A program made the translations under genes and the position numbers. 64,000 nucleotides of DNA from an uncultured delta proteobacterium. Its GTDB lineage: Bacteria; Myxococcota_A; Polyangia; Polyangiales; JAFGIB01. The stretch's first letter is position 1. Each line of letters opens with the position of its first letter. Positions 22,623-32,036 of the stretch are shown here, piece after piece. The stretch covers positions 160,001 through 224,000 of the forward strand of contig CAVZVA010000012.1 of assembly GCA_963778655.1 (NCBI GenBank). Direction: 5' to 3'. Under the pieces are notes generated by a model. It worked only from the letters and a program-made list of their open reading frames with translations, was not told the DNA's origin and ran no database searches.

Positions 22623-24530
22623 GTGCGCTTGTTTCGGGCTTACCTTGCTGCCGTGTTGTTCGGCGTCGCCGCAGCGGGCGCGCCGCACGCGCTCGCGCAA
22701 GATCACGAGAAGCCTCCGCCCGTCGAAGTCGGAGCCGCAACGGCGCCTGCGACTGCGACTGTGACCACGAGCGCGAGCGCAACCACGAGCACGACCACCG
22801 ATGCGACCGCGGCGCCGCCGGCGGTCGCACCGGCGCCGAGCGCGCTCGATCACTGGTGGTTCGGTGGCTACTACCGCCACCAATGGATCCCCTCGTACAT
22901 GACCAGCGCGTTCTTTGCGCGCGCCCCGAGCATCTCCAACGACGGCTTCGGCTTCACGGCCACCTACCGCACCGGCAATGGGCTCAACATCGAGCTCGGC
23001 CTGGGCCACATGCCCTACCGCTTCCACGGGCCGTTTCTGGCCAAGGACAGCGAGATCACGGACACCGAGCTGGTGCGCAGCGACGTCGATCTCTGGCACA
23101 TCACCAGCTCGCTGCTGTGGGACATCGAGTTTCATCCCATGGTCGCGCTGGAGATCGGTTTCGGCATCGATTTCGGTCTGCTCACCGGTCACGTGATCCG
23201 CAACGAGGCCTATCTCGATCCGGCCACCCACACCTTCAAGGACTGCAAAGGGCCGCATATGCCCGACGTGCTCGGTCCGGCCCTCGACGCCACCACTCCC
23301 GGCTTGCTCTACTGTGCCGAGCCCGAGAACGGCAGCTACGACCCCGCGACCGGCGACTACCAGTCGGATGCGCCCAATAAGAAGGGCGAGCAGTACAACG
23401 TGCGCGACAACCATGTCCCGCCCGTGATGCTGTTCCCGATGGTGCCGCACCTGGCGCTGCGCATCCAGCCGATCAAATACCTGGCGATCAAGGGCGAGTT
23501 CGCCTTCGGCGTGGTGCAGATGTATGCCGGCGTTTCGCTCGAAGTGAATTTCGGCTTTGCCAAGCACGCCCCGCCGCCAGCGGTCGTCGCGCCGGCCCCG
23601 GTCCCGGTTGCGCCCCCGAGTGGCAACGGCCGAGTGCTCGGCAGCGTGATCGACGACGAGACCAAGACCCCGATCGCAGGAGCGATCGTCAAGCTGCAGG
23701 GCGGGCGCGCGCTCTCGCCGCTCACCACCGCCGCCGATGGGCGCTTCGTGGTGGATCGGCTCGACCCCGGGGTGGCGCACTTCGCGGTCGAGCACCCGGA
23801 CTACACCGCCGGCACCTGCGAGGTGGAGATCCCCAAGCAGGGCGGCGACGTCCCGCTGATGTGTCACCTCAAGCCGGCCGCGCGCACCGGCGCGATCAGC
23901 GGACAGGTGCAGAGCGAAGCGGGCGGCCCGGTCGCCGGGGCCAAGCTCGAGCTGAGCGGTCCGCGCGGGGACGTGCTCACTTCGGACGCGCAGGGTTTGT
24001 TCGCCGAGGTCGATCTGCCGGCCGGCAGCTACCGGCTGCGGGTCGAAGCCGACGGCTACCTGGTGCAGATGCTCGAGCTGGAGGTCGAGCCGCACCAGAC
24101 CGCGATGCCCCAGGTCATCCTGATCAAGGCGCCCAAGCACGCCGCGGTCGAGCTGCGCAAGGAAGAAATCGTCATCACGCAGCAGATTCAGTTCAAGGTC
24201 GGCAGCGCGGAGCTGCTGCCCGCGAGCACCGGCATCCTGCAACAGGTCGCTGACGTGCTGTTGCGTCACCCGCAGATCGAGCAGCTGGAGATCCAGGGCC
24301 ACACCGACAGCCGCGGTAGCCACGAGACCAACATGAAGCTCTCGCAGGCGCGCGCCGAGGCCGTGCGCGACTTCCTGGTCAAGGCGGGCATCGACAGCGC
24401 CAGGCTACAGGCCGTGGGCTACGGCCCCGACCACCCGCTTCGGCCCAACAATACCGCCGCCAACCGGGCCATGAACCGCCGCGTGCAGTTCATCATCCGC
24501 AAGCAGGGTGAAGAGGCCGCGGCGCCCTGA
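22623..24530 (+). CDS. OmpA-family protein with an N-terminal barrel-like region and two carboxypeptidase-regulatory-like domains
   Basis: Signal peptide; C-terminal IQFKVGSA…EIQGHTDSRG…LSQARAEAV…NRRVQF; start uncertain (22605 or 22623). Confidence 0.82.
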   Translation: MRLFRAYLAAVLFGVAAAGAPHALAQDHEKPPPVEVGAATAPATATVTTSASATTSTTTDATAAPPAVAPAPSALDHWWFGGYYRHQWIPSYMTSAFFARAPSISNDGFGFTATYRTGNGLNIELGLGHMPYRFHGPFLAKDSEITDTELVRSDVDLWHITSSLLWDIEFHPMVALEIGFGIDFGLLTGHVIRNEAYLDPATHTFKDCKGPHMPDVLGPALDATTPGLLYCAEPENGSYDPATGDYQSDAPNKKGEQYNVRDNHVPPVMLFPMVPHLALRIQPIKYLAIKGEFAFGVVQMYAGVSLEVNFGFAKHAPPPAVVAPAPVPVAPPSGNGRVLGSVIDDETKTPIAGAIVKLQGGRALSPLTTAADGRFVVDRLDPGVAHFAVEHPDYTAGTCEVEIPKQGGDVPLMCHLKPAARTGAISGQVQSEAGGPVAGAKLELSGPRGDVLTSDAQGLFAEVDLPAGSYRLRVEADGYLVQMLELEVEPHQTAMPQVILIKAPKHAAVELRKEEIVITQQIQFKVGSAELLPASTGILQQVADVLLRHPQIEQLEIQGHTDSRGSHETNMKLSQARAEAVRDFLVKAGIDSARLQAVGYGPDHPLRPNNTAANRAMNRRVQFIIRKQGEEAAAP

Positions 24531-24536
24531 TCCGGG

Positions 24537-24567
24537 CTTCCCGCCTTCCCCTCTTGCGGTGAAATCT
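24537..24567. repeat. Right-half remnant of the short purine/pyrimidine palindrome family C
   Basis: CTTCCCGCCTTCCCC…GTGAAATC matches the 3' arm of 38870-38929, 50628-50690 and 60441-60512. Confidence 0.4.
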
Positions 24568-26083
24568 ACTCGGCGGCGTTGCTCGAGGAAGAAGAAGGCA
24601 GCTCGGGCGCGGCCGCGCCGCGCTGCGTCGGGCCCTCGACCTGATACTTATGGCCGACTAGCGTCTTGGCCGCCATCACCGACTTCCATTTGAGGTAGCT
24701 GGCGATGCCGCTCAGGTCGCGCGTGGGATCGCTGGCGCCGGAGAGCTGCACCAGCACCATCAGCTGCTCGGCCACGCTGACGGGGCAGCCTTTGAGCCGA
24801 AGGTACGGCTTGTTCTTGGCGGCGCGCAGGATCTTGTTCGTCTTGAACATCTTGACGAACATGTCCTCGCCCTCGACCGTGTGCGGATCGAGCGTCGAGC
24901 GGTTCTTGTACAGGTTTTCGATCGAGACCAGCTCGCCGCCGATCTTGCCCTTGAAGGTGGCGCAGTCGCCGATGAACACCGCGCGCTCTCCCTGCTTGAC
25001 GTCGAGCGGACCCTGGTAGTTGCCGAACACCACGTGCAGCCGCGGCATCTTCTCGTCGAGCTGCTTGTCCATCAGGCGCAGGATCTCGATCGCTTCCTCG
25101 ATCGCGCCCGGGCAGCCGCCCCAGCAGTAGTCCTTGCCCTCGCTCTCGGGCGGAGGGCCGGCGTAGGCCGTGATGTGGGTGCCCTCGAAGTACTTCTCCA
25201 CCCGGACCAGGCCGACCTCGAAGCCCTTGGCACGCTCCTTGGCCTGCTCGAGCGACACGTCTCCACTGACCTCGATCTCGTCGAGCGAAAGCGGTCCGAA
25301 GCCGCGCTCGTGCGCCATCCGGATGTGATCGACCGCGTACGGGTTGATGCCGATGATGTTGCAGCACACCGCGTCGAATGCGCACTGGTTGTTGCCCATG
25401 ATGATCAGGTTCAGCTGGCGCGGGACCGGCGTCAGCATGCGCCCTTCGCCGGCGATGATTGCGTCGATGGCGAGGAACTGGGGTTGGACGATGTACTGCA
25501 GGTCCGCGATCTTCTCATCCAGCTTGGCGTCGTGGTCGATCAAGCGGTGGCGGTCGTCCTGAATGCCGATGTAGGCCTTGTTGCCGAAGGTGACCGTGGT
25601 CCAGGGATGCGCCTTGAACTTCGGGCAGTTGACGAAGAAGTCGGCCTTGGCCACCGGCTCGGGCGTGAACAGGTAGTCGCGCAGGCGGCCCGGATGCGAA
25701 AGCGGGATCTCGACCTGCGGCTCCTCCTCGAAGTAGTAGCGCTTGACCTTGAGTCGCTTGACCATCGCCTCCATGCCGGACTCGCTGAAGGCGAAGCGCG
25801 TCGGGATGGTGATGCCGCAGCGCTCGCCGACCGCGAGCTCGGTCATCTTGCCCTCGTCGCGATCGCGCAGCGCCTGCAGCACGCCCTCGACGAACTCGGG
25901 CCGGGTGTGGGCGTGCTCGAAGCGCTCGCCCGCGCACACGATGTTGGGCTTGAGCAGGGTGCGGCCTTGCGGGCGCAGCCCCAGCGTCTCCAGGCCCTCG
26001 CGCACAATCTGACGGATGCGCTCGGGATCGTACGCGTCGCAATGCCGAATGATGATGTGGGGCTTGGCTTGATCGACTCGCAT
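24566..26083 (-). CDS. DUF362-like, putative Fe-S-binding protein
   Basis: LLKPN…HTRPE, VGERCG, NCPKFKAH and IDAIIAGEG; extra Cys motifs CWGGCPG, IGDC and KGCP. Confidence 0.7.
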   Translation of the reverse strand: MRVDQAKPHIIIRHCDAYDPERIRQIVREGLETLGLRPQGRTLLKPNIVCAGERFEHAHTRPEFVEGVLQALRDRDEGKMTELAVGERCGITIPTRFAFSESGMEAMVKRLKVKRYYFEEEPQVEIPLSHPGRLRDYLFTPEPVAKADFFVNCPKFKAHPWTTVTFGNKAYIGIQDDRHRLIDHDAKLDEKIADLQYIVQPQFLAIDAIIAGEGRMLTPVPRQLNLIIMGNNQCAFDAVCCNIIGINPYAVDHIRMAHERGFGPLSLDEIEVSGDVSLEQAKERAKGFEVGLVRVEKYFEGTHITAYAGPPPESEGKDYCWGGCPGAIEEAIEILRLMDKQLDEKMPRLHVVFGNYQGPLDVKQGERAVFIGDCATFKGKIGGELVSIENLYKNRSTLDPHTVEGEDMFVKMFKTNKILRAAKNKPYLRLKGCPVSVAEQLMVLVQLSGASDPTRDLSGIASYLKWKSVMAAKTLVGHKYQVEGPTQRGAAAPELPSSSSSNAAE

Positions 26084-26139
26084 GCTGGGGCTCCCTTCAG
26101 CCCGCTTGTTGTGACCCGGTTTGGGGGCCGGCACAAGCT

Positions 26140-26916
26140 TCAGACGAATTTGCGGCGCAGCCGCCGCATCCCCGCCAGCCAGCGGTCGTAGTCGGCGCTC
26201 TTGCGCTGCATGTAGGTGAGCACCCGCTCGTGGGGCAAGATCAGAAAGCGCTCCTCAGCCAGCCCGTCAAGCACCGAATCGGCCACGGCGTCGGGCTCCA
26301 GCACACCATCGCCGGCCTGCGGCGAGCGCGCCGCGCCTGCCAGCATCGGCGTCGCCACGCCCTGCGGGCACAGCACGGAGACCCGGATCCCCTGATCGCC
26401 GTGGGTAATGGCCAGCGACTCCGCGAAGCCGATCGCGGCGTGTTTGGTGGTCGAGTAGGCCGCGTCGCCGATCTGGCTCAGCAGCCCGGCCGCCGACACC
26501 GTCTGCAACAGGTAGCCCTGCCCGCGCTCGAGCATCGATGGCAGCACCGCCCGCGCGGCGTAGACATGTGCCATCAGGTTAACCTCCCACATGCGCTGCC
26601 AGCGGTCGTTGGGCAGCGATGCGGCCGTGCCCTCGGGTTCGTCGCCGAATGCGATGCCCGCGTTCGAGCACATCAGGTCGACCGGACCGTAGTGCTTGGT
26701 CGCGATCTCGACGGCGTGACGGAGGTCTGCTTCGACTGAGACGTCGCACTTGAGGCCGAGGCCGCCGATGCGGTCGGCCACCGACTTGGCCCCCTTCTCG
26801 TTGAGGTCGGCGACCACCACACCGTGCGCGCCCTCGTCGGCGAAGGCGCGACACAGCGCCGTGCCGATCCCGCTCGCCCCACCCGTGACCAGTACCACCT
26901 TGCCTTGGACCTGCAT
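26140..26916 (-). CDS. Short-chain dehydrogenase/reductase
   Basis: TGGASGIG, SNAG and YSTTK motifs. Confidence 0.9.
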   Translation of the reverse strand: MQVQGKVVLVTGGASGIGTALCRAFADEGAHGVVVADLNEKGAKSVADRIGGLGLKCDVSVEADLRHAVEIATKHYGPVDLMCSNAGIAFGDEPEGTAASLPNDRWQRMWEVNLMAHVYAARAVLPSMLERGQGYLLQTVSAAGLLSQIGDAAYSTTKHAAIGFAESLAITHGDQGIRVSVLCPQGVATPMLAGAARSPQAGDGVLEPDAVADSVLDGLAEERFLILPHERVLTYMQRKSADYDRWLAGMRRLRRKFV

Positions 26917-27053
26917 CGCACCGACCCTATCACGCGCTGCCTACGCGTTGCACCGGCGTTCAGTACGGGCACGATCGGGTTCGACGGGCGCGCGCTGGTT
27001 TGCTAGCGTCCGCAGGCCCCGGGGGTCTGCCTGGGCCGGGAGAGGATGCGGTC

Positions 27054-27857
27054 ATGGGCAAGCTGATACGGAGCGCTTCGTGGGTCGTGATCGTCCTCCT
27101 GCCCTGGGCCACGGCTTGCAGCGGCAGCGCGAGCACGCCGCATGTGGATGCCGGCGTCCACGGCAGCGAGGGCGATCCCTGCGACCTGACGGGACAGAGC
27201 AGCGGTTTGCCGGCCTGCCGCGGCAAGCTCAAGTGCGTGGAGAGCGTGTTCACACTCGGCGTGTGCGGGCGTTCGTGCAAGACCAACACCGACTGCGGCA
27301 ACGCGGACGAGGTCTGCTACAGCTACTCCGGTCAGGCCAAGGACGGTCACTGCGTCAATCTGATCAAGGACGAGTACGGCCGCTGCGGGGTGGGCGACAC
27401 CAGCATCTGCGATCAGCGCAGCTGCCTGTATCTGCCGAACCAGCCGGTCGGCGTGTGCATCGACACCTGTGCGCTCGACGGCAGCCCGGTCGCAGCCGGT
27501 GACGGCGGCGTCGACGCCAGCGCGGACGAGGATGCGGGCCAAGACCCCACGGCCGGCGCGTCCGGTCTGGGCGCTCCGGCCGGCGCCGTGGAGTGCCCTT
27601 CGAGCGAGAGCTGCGTCGACAACGTGCTGGCGGACGCGATGCTCAACGAAGGCGTGTGCGGCACGGTCGTCGGGCGCGGCGACGAGTGCGGCATCGAGCA
27701 GGGCATCTACTGCCCGTCCGGCGACATCTGCGCGCCCGAGGACCCGAACGACCTCAGCTCGAAGCTGCGCTGCTTCCAGGACTGCAGCAGCACTGGTTCC
27801 AAGTGCGACAAGGGCAAGTGCGTCACGGTCCAGGGCGTATTCGCCTATTGCCTCTGA
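27054..27857 (+). CDS. Cys-rich lipoprotein of unknown function
   Basis: Lipobox WATAC-SG; many regularly spaced Cys residues; DAG-rich spacer typical of myxobacterial surface proteins. Confidence 0.7.
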   Translation: MGKLIRSASWVVIVLLPWATACSGSASTPHVDAGVHGSEGDPCDLTGQSSGLPACRGKLKCVESVFTLGVCGRSCKTNTDCGNADEVCYSYSGQAKDGHCVNLIKDEYGRCGVGDTSICDQRSCLYLPNQPVGVCIDTCALDGSPVAAGDGGVDASADEDAGQDPTAGASGLGAPAGAVECPSSESCVDNVLADAMLNEGVCGTVVGRGDECGIEQGIYCPSGDICAPEDPNDLSSKLRCFQDCSSTGSKCDKGKCVTVQGVFAYCL

Positions 27858-27894
27858 CCGGTTTTCCCGGCGGTGCTATACCAGGCCCGCCGTC

Positions 27895-29004
27895 ATGACC
27901 GCCGTGACCGAAGCGACACGACCGGAGCCCGCAGCGCGCGGCGCGGCGGCTGGCGCCGAGATCGCGCCGGCGGCGGTACGCCGCTGGTTGCTGCTAGTGT
28001 GGGCGGCGATCCTGTGCATGGTGCTGCTCGGCGGCATCACGCGTCTGACCGGCTCCGGGTTGTCGATCACGGAGTGGCAGCCGCTGGTCGGCGCGCTTCC
28101 GCCGCTCGACCAGGCCGACTGGCACGAGCTCTTCGGCAAGTACCAGCAATCGCCGCAGTATCGGCTGGTCAACCAGGCGATGACGCTCTCCCAGTTCAAG
28201 GCGATCTTCTTCTGGGAGTATGTGCACCGCCTGGTCGGCCGCCTGATCGGCGTGCTGGTGCTTCTGCCGGGTCTGTATTTTCTCTGGCGCGGCCGCCTGC
28301 CGCGGCGGCTCGCCTGGAAGCTGCTCGGGGTGCTCGTGCTCGGCGGTCTACAAGGGCTGCTCGGCTGGCTGATGGTCAAGAGCGGCCTGGTCGACGAGCC
28401 GCGGGTCTCCCACTACCGGTTGGCGGCGCATCTCGCGCTCGCGTTCGCGACCGGCCAGTGGGTGCTGTTCCTCGCGCTCGACCAGCGCCCGGTGGCCGCG
28501 CCGCGGGCCGCACGCGCGCACCTGCTCGCGATCTGTGGTCTGCTGGCCGTGCTCGCGCTCCAGGTCGTGTATGGCGCGTTCATGGCCGGCACTCACGCGG
28601 GCTATTACTACTCGACCTTTCCCGACATGAACGGCCGCTACGCTCCGGCGCCGTTCTTCAACGGGCCGTCATGGTGGCGCGACGCGATCGCCAATCCGAA
28701 CGCGATCCACTACGTGCACCGCGCCCTGGGCTGGTTGCTGCTGGCTTGCGCGCTGGGGCTGTTCGTGTACCTGCGTCGCGCCCAGCCGCGCGCCGCGCTC
28801 GGTCGCGCCGCGGGGCTGGTCGCGGTGCTGGCCTTCGTGCAGCTCAACCTGGGCGCGCTCACCGTCGTCACCCGGGTCGCGATTCCGCTGGCGGTCGCCC
28901 ACCAGGGCGTGGCCTATCTGTTGGTCTCGAGCGTGGTCGCGCTGCTGCACCGCGCTCTGGGCTCGGGCACGCGCCGCGCCGCGCCGGCCGCGCGCTCCGC
29001 GTGA
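27895..29004 (+). CDS. ctaA: Heme A synthase (COX15/CtaA type 2)
   Basis: GGITRLTGSGLSITEW, FFWEYVHRLVGR, VSHYRLAAH, HRALG and AHQ motifs. Confidence 0.92.
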   Translation: MTAVTEATRPEPAARGAAAGAEIAPAAVRRWLLLVWAAILCMVLLGGITRLTGSGLSITEWQPLVGALPPLDQADWHELFGKYQQSPQYRLVNQAMTLSQFKAIFFWEYVHRLVGRLIGVLVLLPGLYFLWRGRLPRRLAWKLLGVLVLGGLQGLLGWLMVKSGLVDEPRVSHYRLAAHLALAFATGQWVLFLALDQRPVAAPRAARAHLLAICGLLAVLALQVVYGAFMAGTHAGYYYSTFPDMNGRYAPAPFFNGPSWWRDAIANPNAIHYVHRALGWLLLACALGLFVYLRRAQPRAALGRAAGLVAVLAFVQLNLGALTVVTRVAIPLAVAHQGVAYLLVSSVVALLHRALGSGTRRAAPAARSA

Positions 29005-29024
29005 GGGGTCGGGGATTCAGGTCG

Positions 29025-29116
29025 CGAGCGAGCGGGGCGACCCACGCGGGAGGGCGGGCCCCCGGCAGGGCCGGGCTCTGCCGACGGGCCGGGAGGGTCG
29101 CGTGGCCATCCCGCTA
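29025..29116. repeat. Diverged copy of the GC-rich multi-hairpin repeat family D
   Basis: Tail GGGAGGGTCGCGTGGCCATCCCG resembles GGGAGGGGCGCGTGCCCCTCCCG of 58897-58990; internal GGCAG/CTGCC hairpin. Confidence 0.45.
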
Positions 29117-29228
29117 TTTACTTCCCGTCCAGAAATGCAGCCGCCCAGAAGTATTTCATCGGTCGCGCGGCCTGCATCCAGCACCGTCGCGCTCCGAAAT
29201 CCGGCCACGCCGGGTATGAGATCGGCTC

Positions 29229-29375
29229 TCAGGCCTTCCCGGGCGTCACACACCACAACAGGTGCTCGCCCAGCAGCCACACGCCGTAGCTGCTGCCGTA
29301 CGCGTACGTGAGCTCGAAGGTCAGCCCGTTGCGCAGCATCACTATGCAGGTCGATTGTCTCTCTCGGATCAGCAC
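29229..29375 (-). CDS. Small protein (48 aa) of unknown function
   Basis: MLIRERQSTCIVMLRNGLTFELTYAYGSSYGVWLLGEHLLWCVTPGKA; GTG start after a GAGGAAG RBS, GC-rich third positions in the 3' part, sigma54-like promoter upstream. Confidence 0.5.
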   Translation of the reverse strand: MLIRERQSTCIVMLRNGLTFELTYAYGSSYGVWLLGEHLLWCVTPGKA

Positions 29376-29412
29376 GTCACTTCCTCGCCGATTGCTTCGC
29401 TCGCCGGATCCG

Positions 29413-29429
29413 ATGCACGCAGCGTGCCG
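29413..29429 (-). promoter_or_regulatory. Putative sigma54 promoter
   Basis: Minus strand CGGCACG-CTGC-GTGCAT, i.e. GG-N10-GC, about 40 nt upstream of the small ORF. Confidence 0.5.
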
Positions 29430-29653
29430 TGACCCGAGGCGCGAGCGAGCGGTGCGCGTGCTTACGTAGGTCTCCATCTTTCGCGCACGTCGCCGCTGCG
29501 AAGATGAAATCGCGATTGCAGCATTGACACAGTCGCGGCGAAATCCACCGCAGCACGCTGTGCGTGGCAAGCGCTGCTGTCGCACACCGCGCTACGAGTG
29601 CAACGCACGGATGTTGACGCGCTCGACGCCGCGCTGGTTAGATCGAAGAGAGC

Positions 29654-30622
29654 ATGGGCTGGCGGTACCGAAGTCTCGTGCGCCTGGGGCCCTCGCTGTC
29701 GTTGGTCGCGTGGCTGCTCTTGGCCGGCGCACCGGCGTCTGCCCAGGACGACAGCGCGTTGCTGCAGATGCTGAGCGGCTCGCCTTCCTTCCGCGTGCGG
29801 GCGCGGGCGGCGTTGGCGCTGGCGCACCACGGCGGCGAGCGGGTCGTGCTCGGTCTCGAAGCGGCCCTCGGCGACGCGCACGTTGCGGTGCGATTTGCGG
29901 CTGCCGCGGCGCTCGCCGAGGTCGGTATGCGCCGCTCGGTGCCGGCGTTGCGCGAGGCGGCCGCGGACCGCGAGGCCATCGTGGCCGAGCAGGCGAAGCG
30001 TGCGCTGCACGCGATCGCAGCGCGCGAAGCGATCGCCCGCGCAGCCGGCAGCGCGCCCGAGGCCCTTCCCGATCGCACTCCGCCGCGGGCGGGACGCGCT
30101 GCGTCCTCGCTGGCCCACGTGCGCTACGCGGTGGTGCTGGGCGAGATGCGCAACCGCAGCGGGCGCTTCGGGCCCGAGCTGTCGGCCGCGCTGGCCGACG
30201 AGATCGAGCGCGAGCTGCGCGCGGTCGAGCACGTGGCGGTGTTCACGCTCTCGGAGATGAACGACCAGATCGTGCAAGAGCTCACGCGGCGCAAGGTCCC
30301 CGCGTTCCGGCTCGAGGGCACGCTCAGCAGGGTGGAGAGCGTGCGCCAGGACGGCGACTACCGTACGCGTTGCGAGGTCTCGCTGCTGCTGATGGACGAG
30401 CCGGAGCGCACGCTGCGCGGTCTGCTCAGGGGCGCCGCCACCTCGAGCGAGCAGCCGCGCGGCGACGGCGAGGCGCAGCAGCGCCTGCTCGCACGCAAGA
30501 CGCTCAAGAGCGCGGTGCACAGCGCGCTCAGCAACGCGGCTGATGCGATTGAAGCCGCCGCGACGCGCCGCGACCTCGGCATGGGGGACCTGCGCGCCGA
30601 GGCCTCGCTCGGTGCACCGTAA
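29654..30622 (+). CDS. Exported HEAT-repeat protein
   Basis: Signal peptide ending ASA-QD; repeats FRVRARAALAL and VRFAAAAALAEVG. Confidence 0.75.
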   Translation: MGWRYRSLVRLGPSLSLVAWLLLAGAPASAQDDSALLQMLSGSPSFRVRARAALALAHHGGERVVLGLEAALGDAHVAVRFAAAAALAEVGMRRSVPALREAAADREAIVAEQAKRALHAIAAREAIARAAGSAPEALPDRTPPRAGRAASSLAHVRYAVVLGEMRNRSGRFGPELSAALADEIERELRAVEHVAVFTLSEMNDQIVQELTRRKVPAFRLEGTLSRVESVRQDGDYRTRCEVSLLLMDEPERTLRGLLRGAATSSEQPRGDGEAQQRLLARKTLKSAVHSALSNAADAIEAAATRRDLGMGDLRAEASLGAP

Positions 30623-30752
30623 CCGGCTTCGCGCGCTCCAGGGGGGGGCCTAGCCCGCCGGGCTGCCCCCCAAAACTTGTGCAGCGCCTGCGGGCGCGAG
30701 ACACTGGCGTTTGCGCGGGCGCACGATGGCCCGGATCGTCGCGGAGGGGCGC

Positions 30753-31898
30753 ATGGAGCGCACGACCTGGCAGATGGCACCGATGCTCGCGTGTGTGCTG
30801 GCCGCGCTCGAGGCGTGCGGCGGTGCGGCCGGCGCCGCGCCGCCGGCGCAGCATGCGCAAGCGGCCATGGTGCCGACTCATGCCAAGGCCGGCCAAGCCG
30901 GTGCGCAGCCTGCGCCCCCGGCGGAGCCCGGCCCCGCCGTCAAGCCGCAGGTGAGCGCGGGACGCGAGCACACCTGCGCGCTGGCTGCCGACGGCAGCGT
31001 GGAGTGCTGGGGCAACAACGTGCACGGTCAGGCCAAGGCGCTGGGCCACCCCTACGTGCAGATCGCTGCGGGCGCGATCCACACCTGTGCGCTCGCTGCA
31101 GACGGCCGCGTCGATTGCTGGGGCTATGCCGGCAACGGCCGCATCAACCCGCCGGACGGCAGCTACAAGCAGATCAGCGCGGGCGATGCCCACACCTGCG
31201 CGATCACCACCGATGGCGACGTGGTGTGTTGGGGCGACAACGAGCAGGGTCAGGCGACACCGCCCGAAGGCTTCTTCAAGCAGGTCACCGCAGGCGGCGA
31301 TCACAGCTGCGCGATCAGCGAGCAGGGTGGAAAGCTGGCGTGCTGGGGCGACAACGACCAGGGTCAGAGCACGCCGCCCGAGGGATCGTTTCAGCAGGTT
31401 TCGGCGGGCAGCAAGCACAGCTGCGCGATCGACGACGGGGCGCAGCTCGAGTGCTGGGGCAGCGACCGCTACCACCAGAGCGAGCCGCCCCGGGGCAAGT
31501 TCGTGCAGGTCAGCGCCGGCAGCCGGCACTCGTGTGCCACGCGCGAGGACGGGCGCGTGCTGTGTTGGGGCGCGGGCGGCCCGGGCCAAGCCGGCTTCCC
31601 CAATGCCGGCCAGGCCGCGCCGCCGGACGGCCAGTTCACCCAGGTTAGCGCCGGCGACGCGCACACCTGCGCGATGACGCCCGGGGGCTGGGTGCGCTGC
31701 TGGGGCAGTGACGCCAGCGGCCGGGCCACGCCCTCGCTCGCGTTTGCGGCGGTCGAGCAGATCGAGGACGGCGACGCGCCGGAGGCGAGCCCACCCAGCC
31801 CCAAGCCCCGGCGCACCAATCCGATGAACCTGCCCAGCATCCGCAAGCAGCACGACGAGACGCTGTCAGACGTAGACACCAGCTTGGAGCACCACTGA
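30753..31898 (+). CDS. RCC1-like seven-bladed beta-propeller lipoprotein
   Basis: Seven ~37-aa repeats Q(V/I)xAGxxH(T/S)C…CWG; LEAC lipobox; GGAGG RBS. Confidence 0.82.
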   Translation: MERTTWQMAPMLACVLAALEACGGAAGAAPPAQHAQAAMVPTHAKAGQAGAQPAPPAEPGPAVKPQVSAGREHTCALAADGSVECWGNNVHGQAKALGHPYVQIAAGAIHTCALAADGRVDCWGYAGNGRINPPDGSYKQISAGDAHTCAITTDGDVVCWGDNEQGQATPPEGFFKQVTAGGDHSCAISEQGGKLACWGDNDQGQSTPPEGSFQQVSAGSKHSCAIDDGAQLECWGSDRYHQSEPPRGKFVQVSAGSRHSCATREDGRVLCWGAGGPGQAGFPNAGQAAPPDGQFTQVSAGDAHTCAMTPGGWVRCWGSDASGRATPSLAFAAVEQIEDGDAPEASPPSPKPRRTNPMNLPSIRKQHDETLSDVDTSLEHH

Positions 31899-31907
31899 GC
31901 TACTACT

Positions 31908-31948
31908 TCATCGGTTTGGAGATCCGTCCCGGACCGCCAAACCGATGA
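31908..31948. terminator. Hairpin between convergent genes (terminator or mini-palindrome)
   Basis: TCATCGGTTTGG…CCAAACCGATGA, 12-bp perfect stem. Confidence 0.5.
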
Positions 31949-32036
31949 TGGCAGCTTCCTCGCAGCGTTGCGCCGACGTCTCTCGACGGAACGAATTGCC
32001 GGCCTGTGGACCCGGCGAGCGGGGCTGGCGTGCCGG

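Noticed and set aside
29025..29116. SRP RNA or another housekeeping ncRNA
   Set aside because: It lacks the SRP helix-8 CAGG…GGAA…AGCAG motif and is better explained as a diverged family D repeat or terminator.
29118..29159. Minus-strand mini-ORF MKYFWAAAFLDGK as an aromatic amino-acid attenuator leader
   Set aside because: It has no RBS and no downstream gene on that strand (it runs into the convergent ctaA end), so there is nothing to attenuate.
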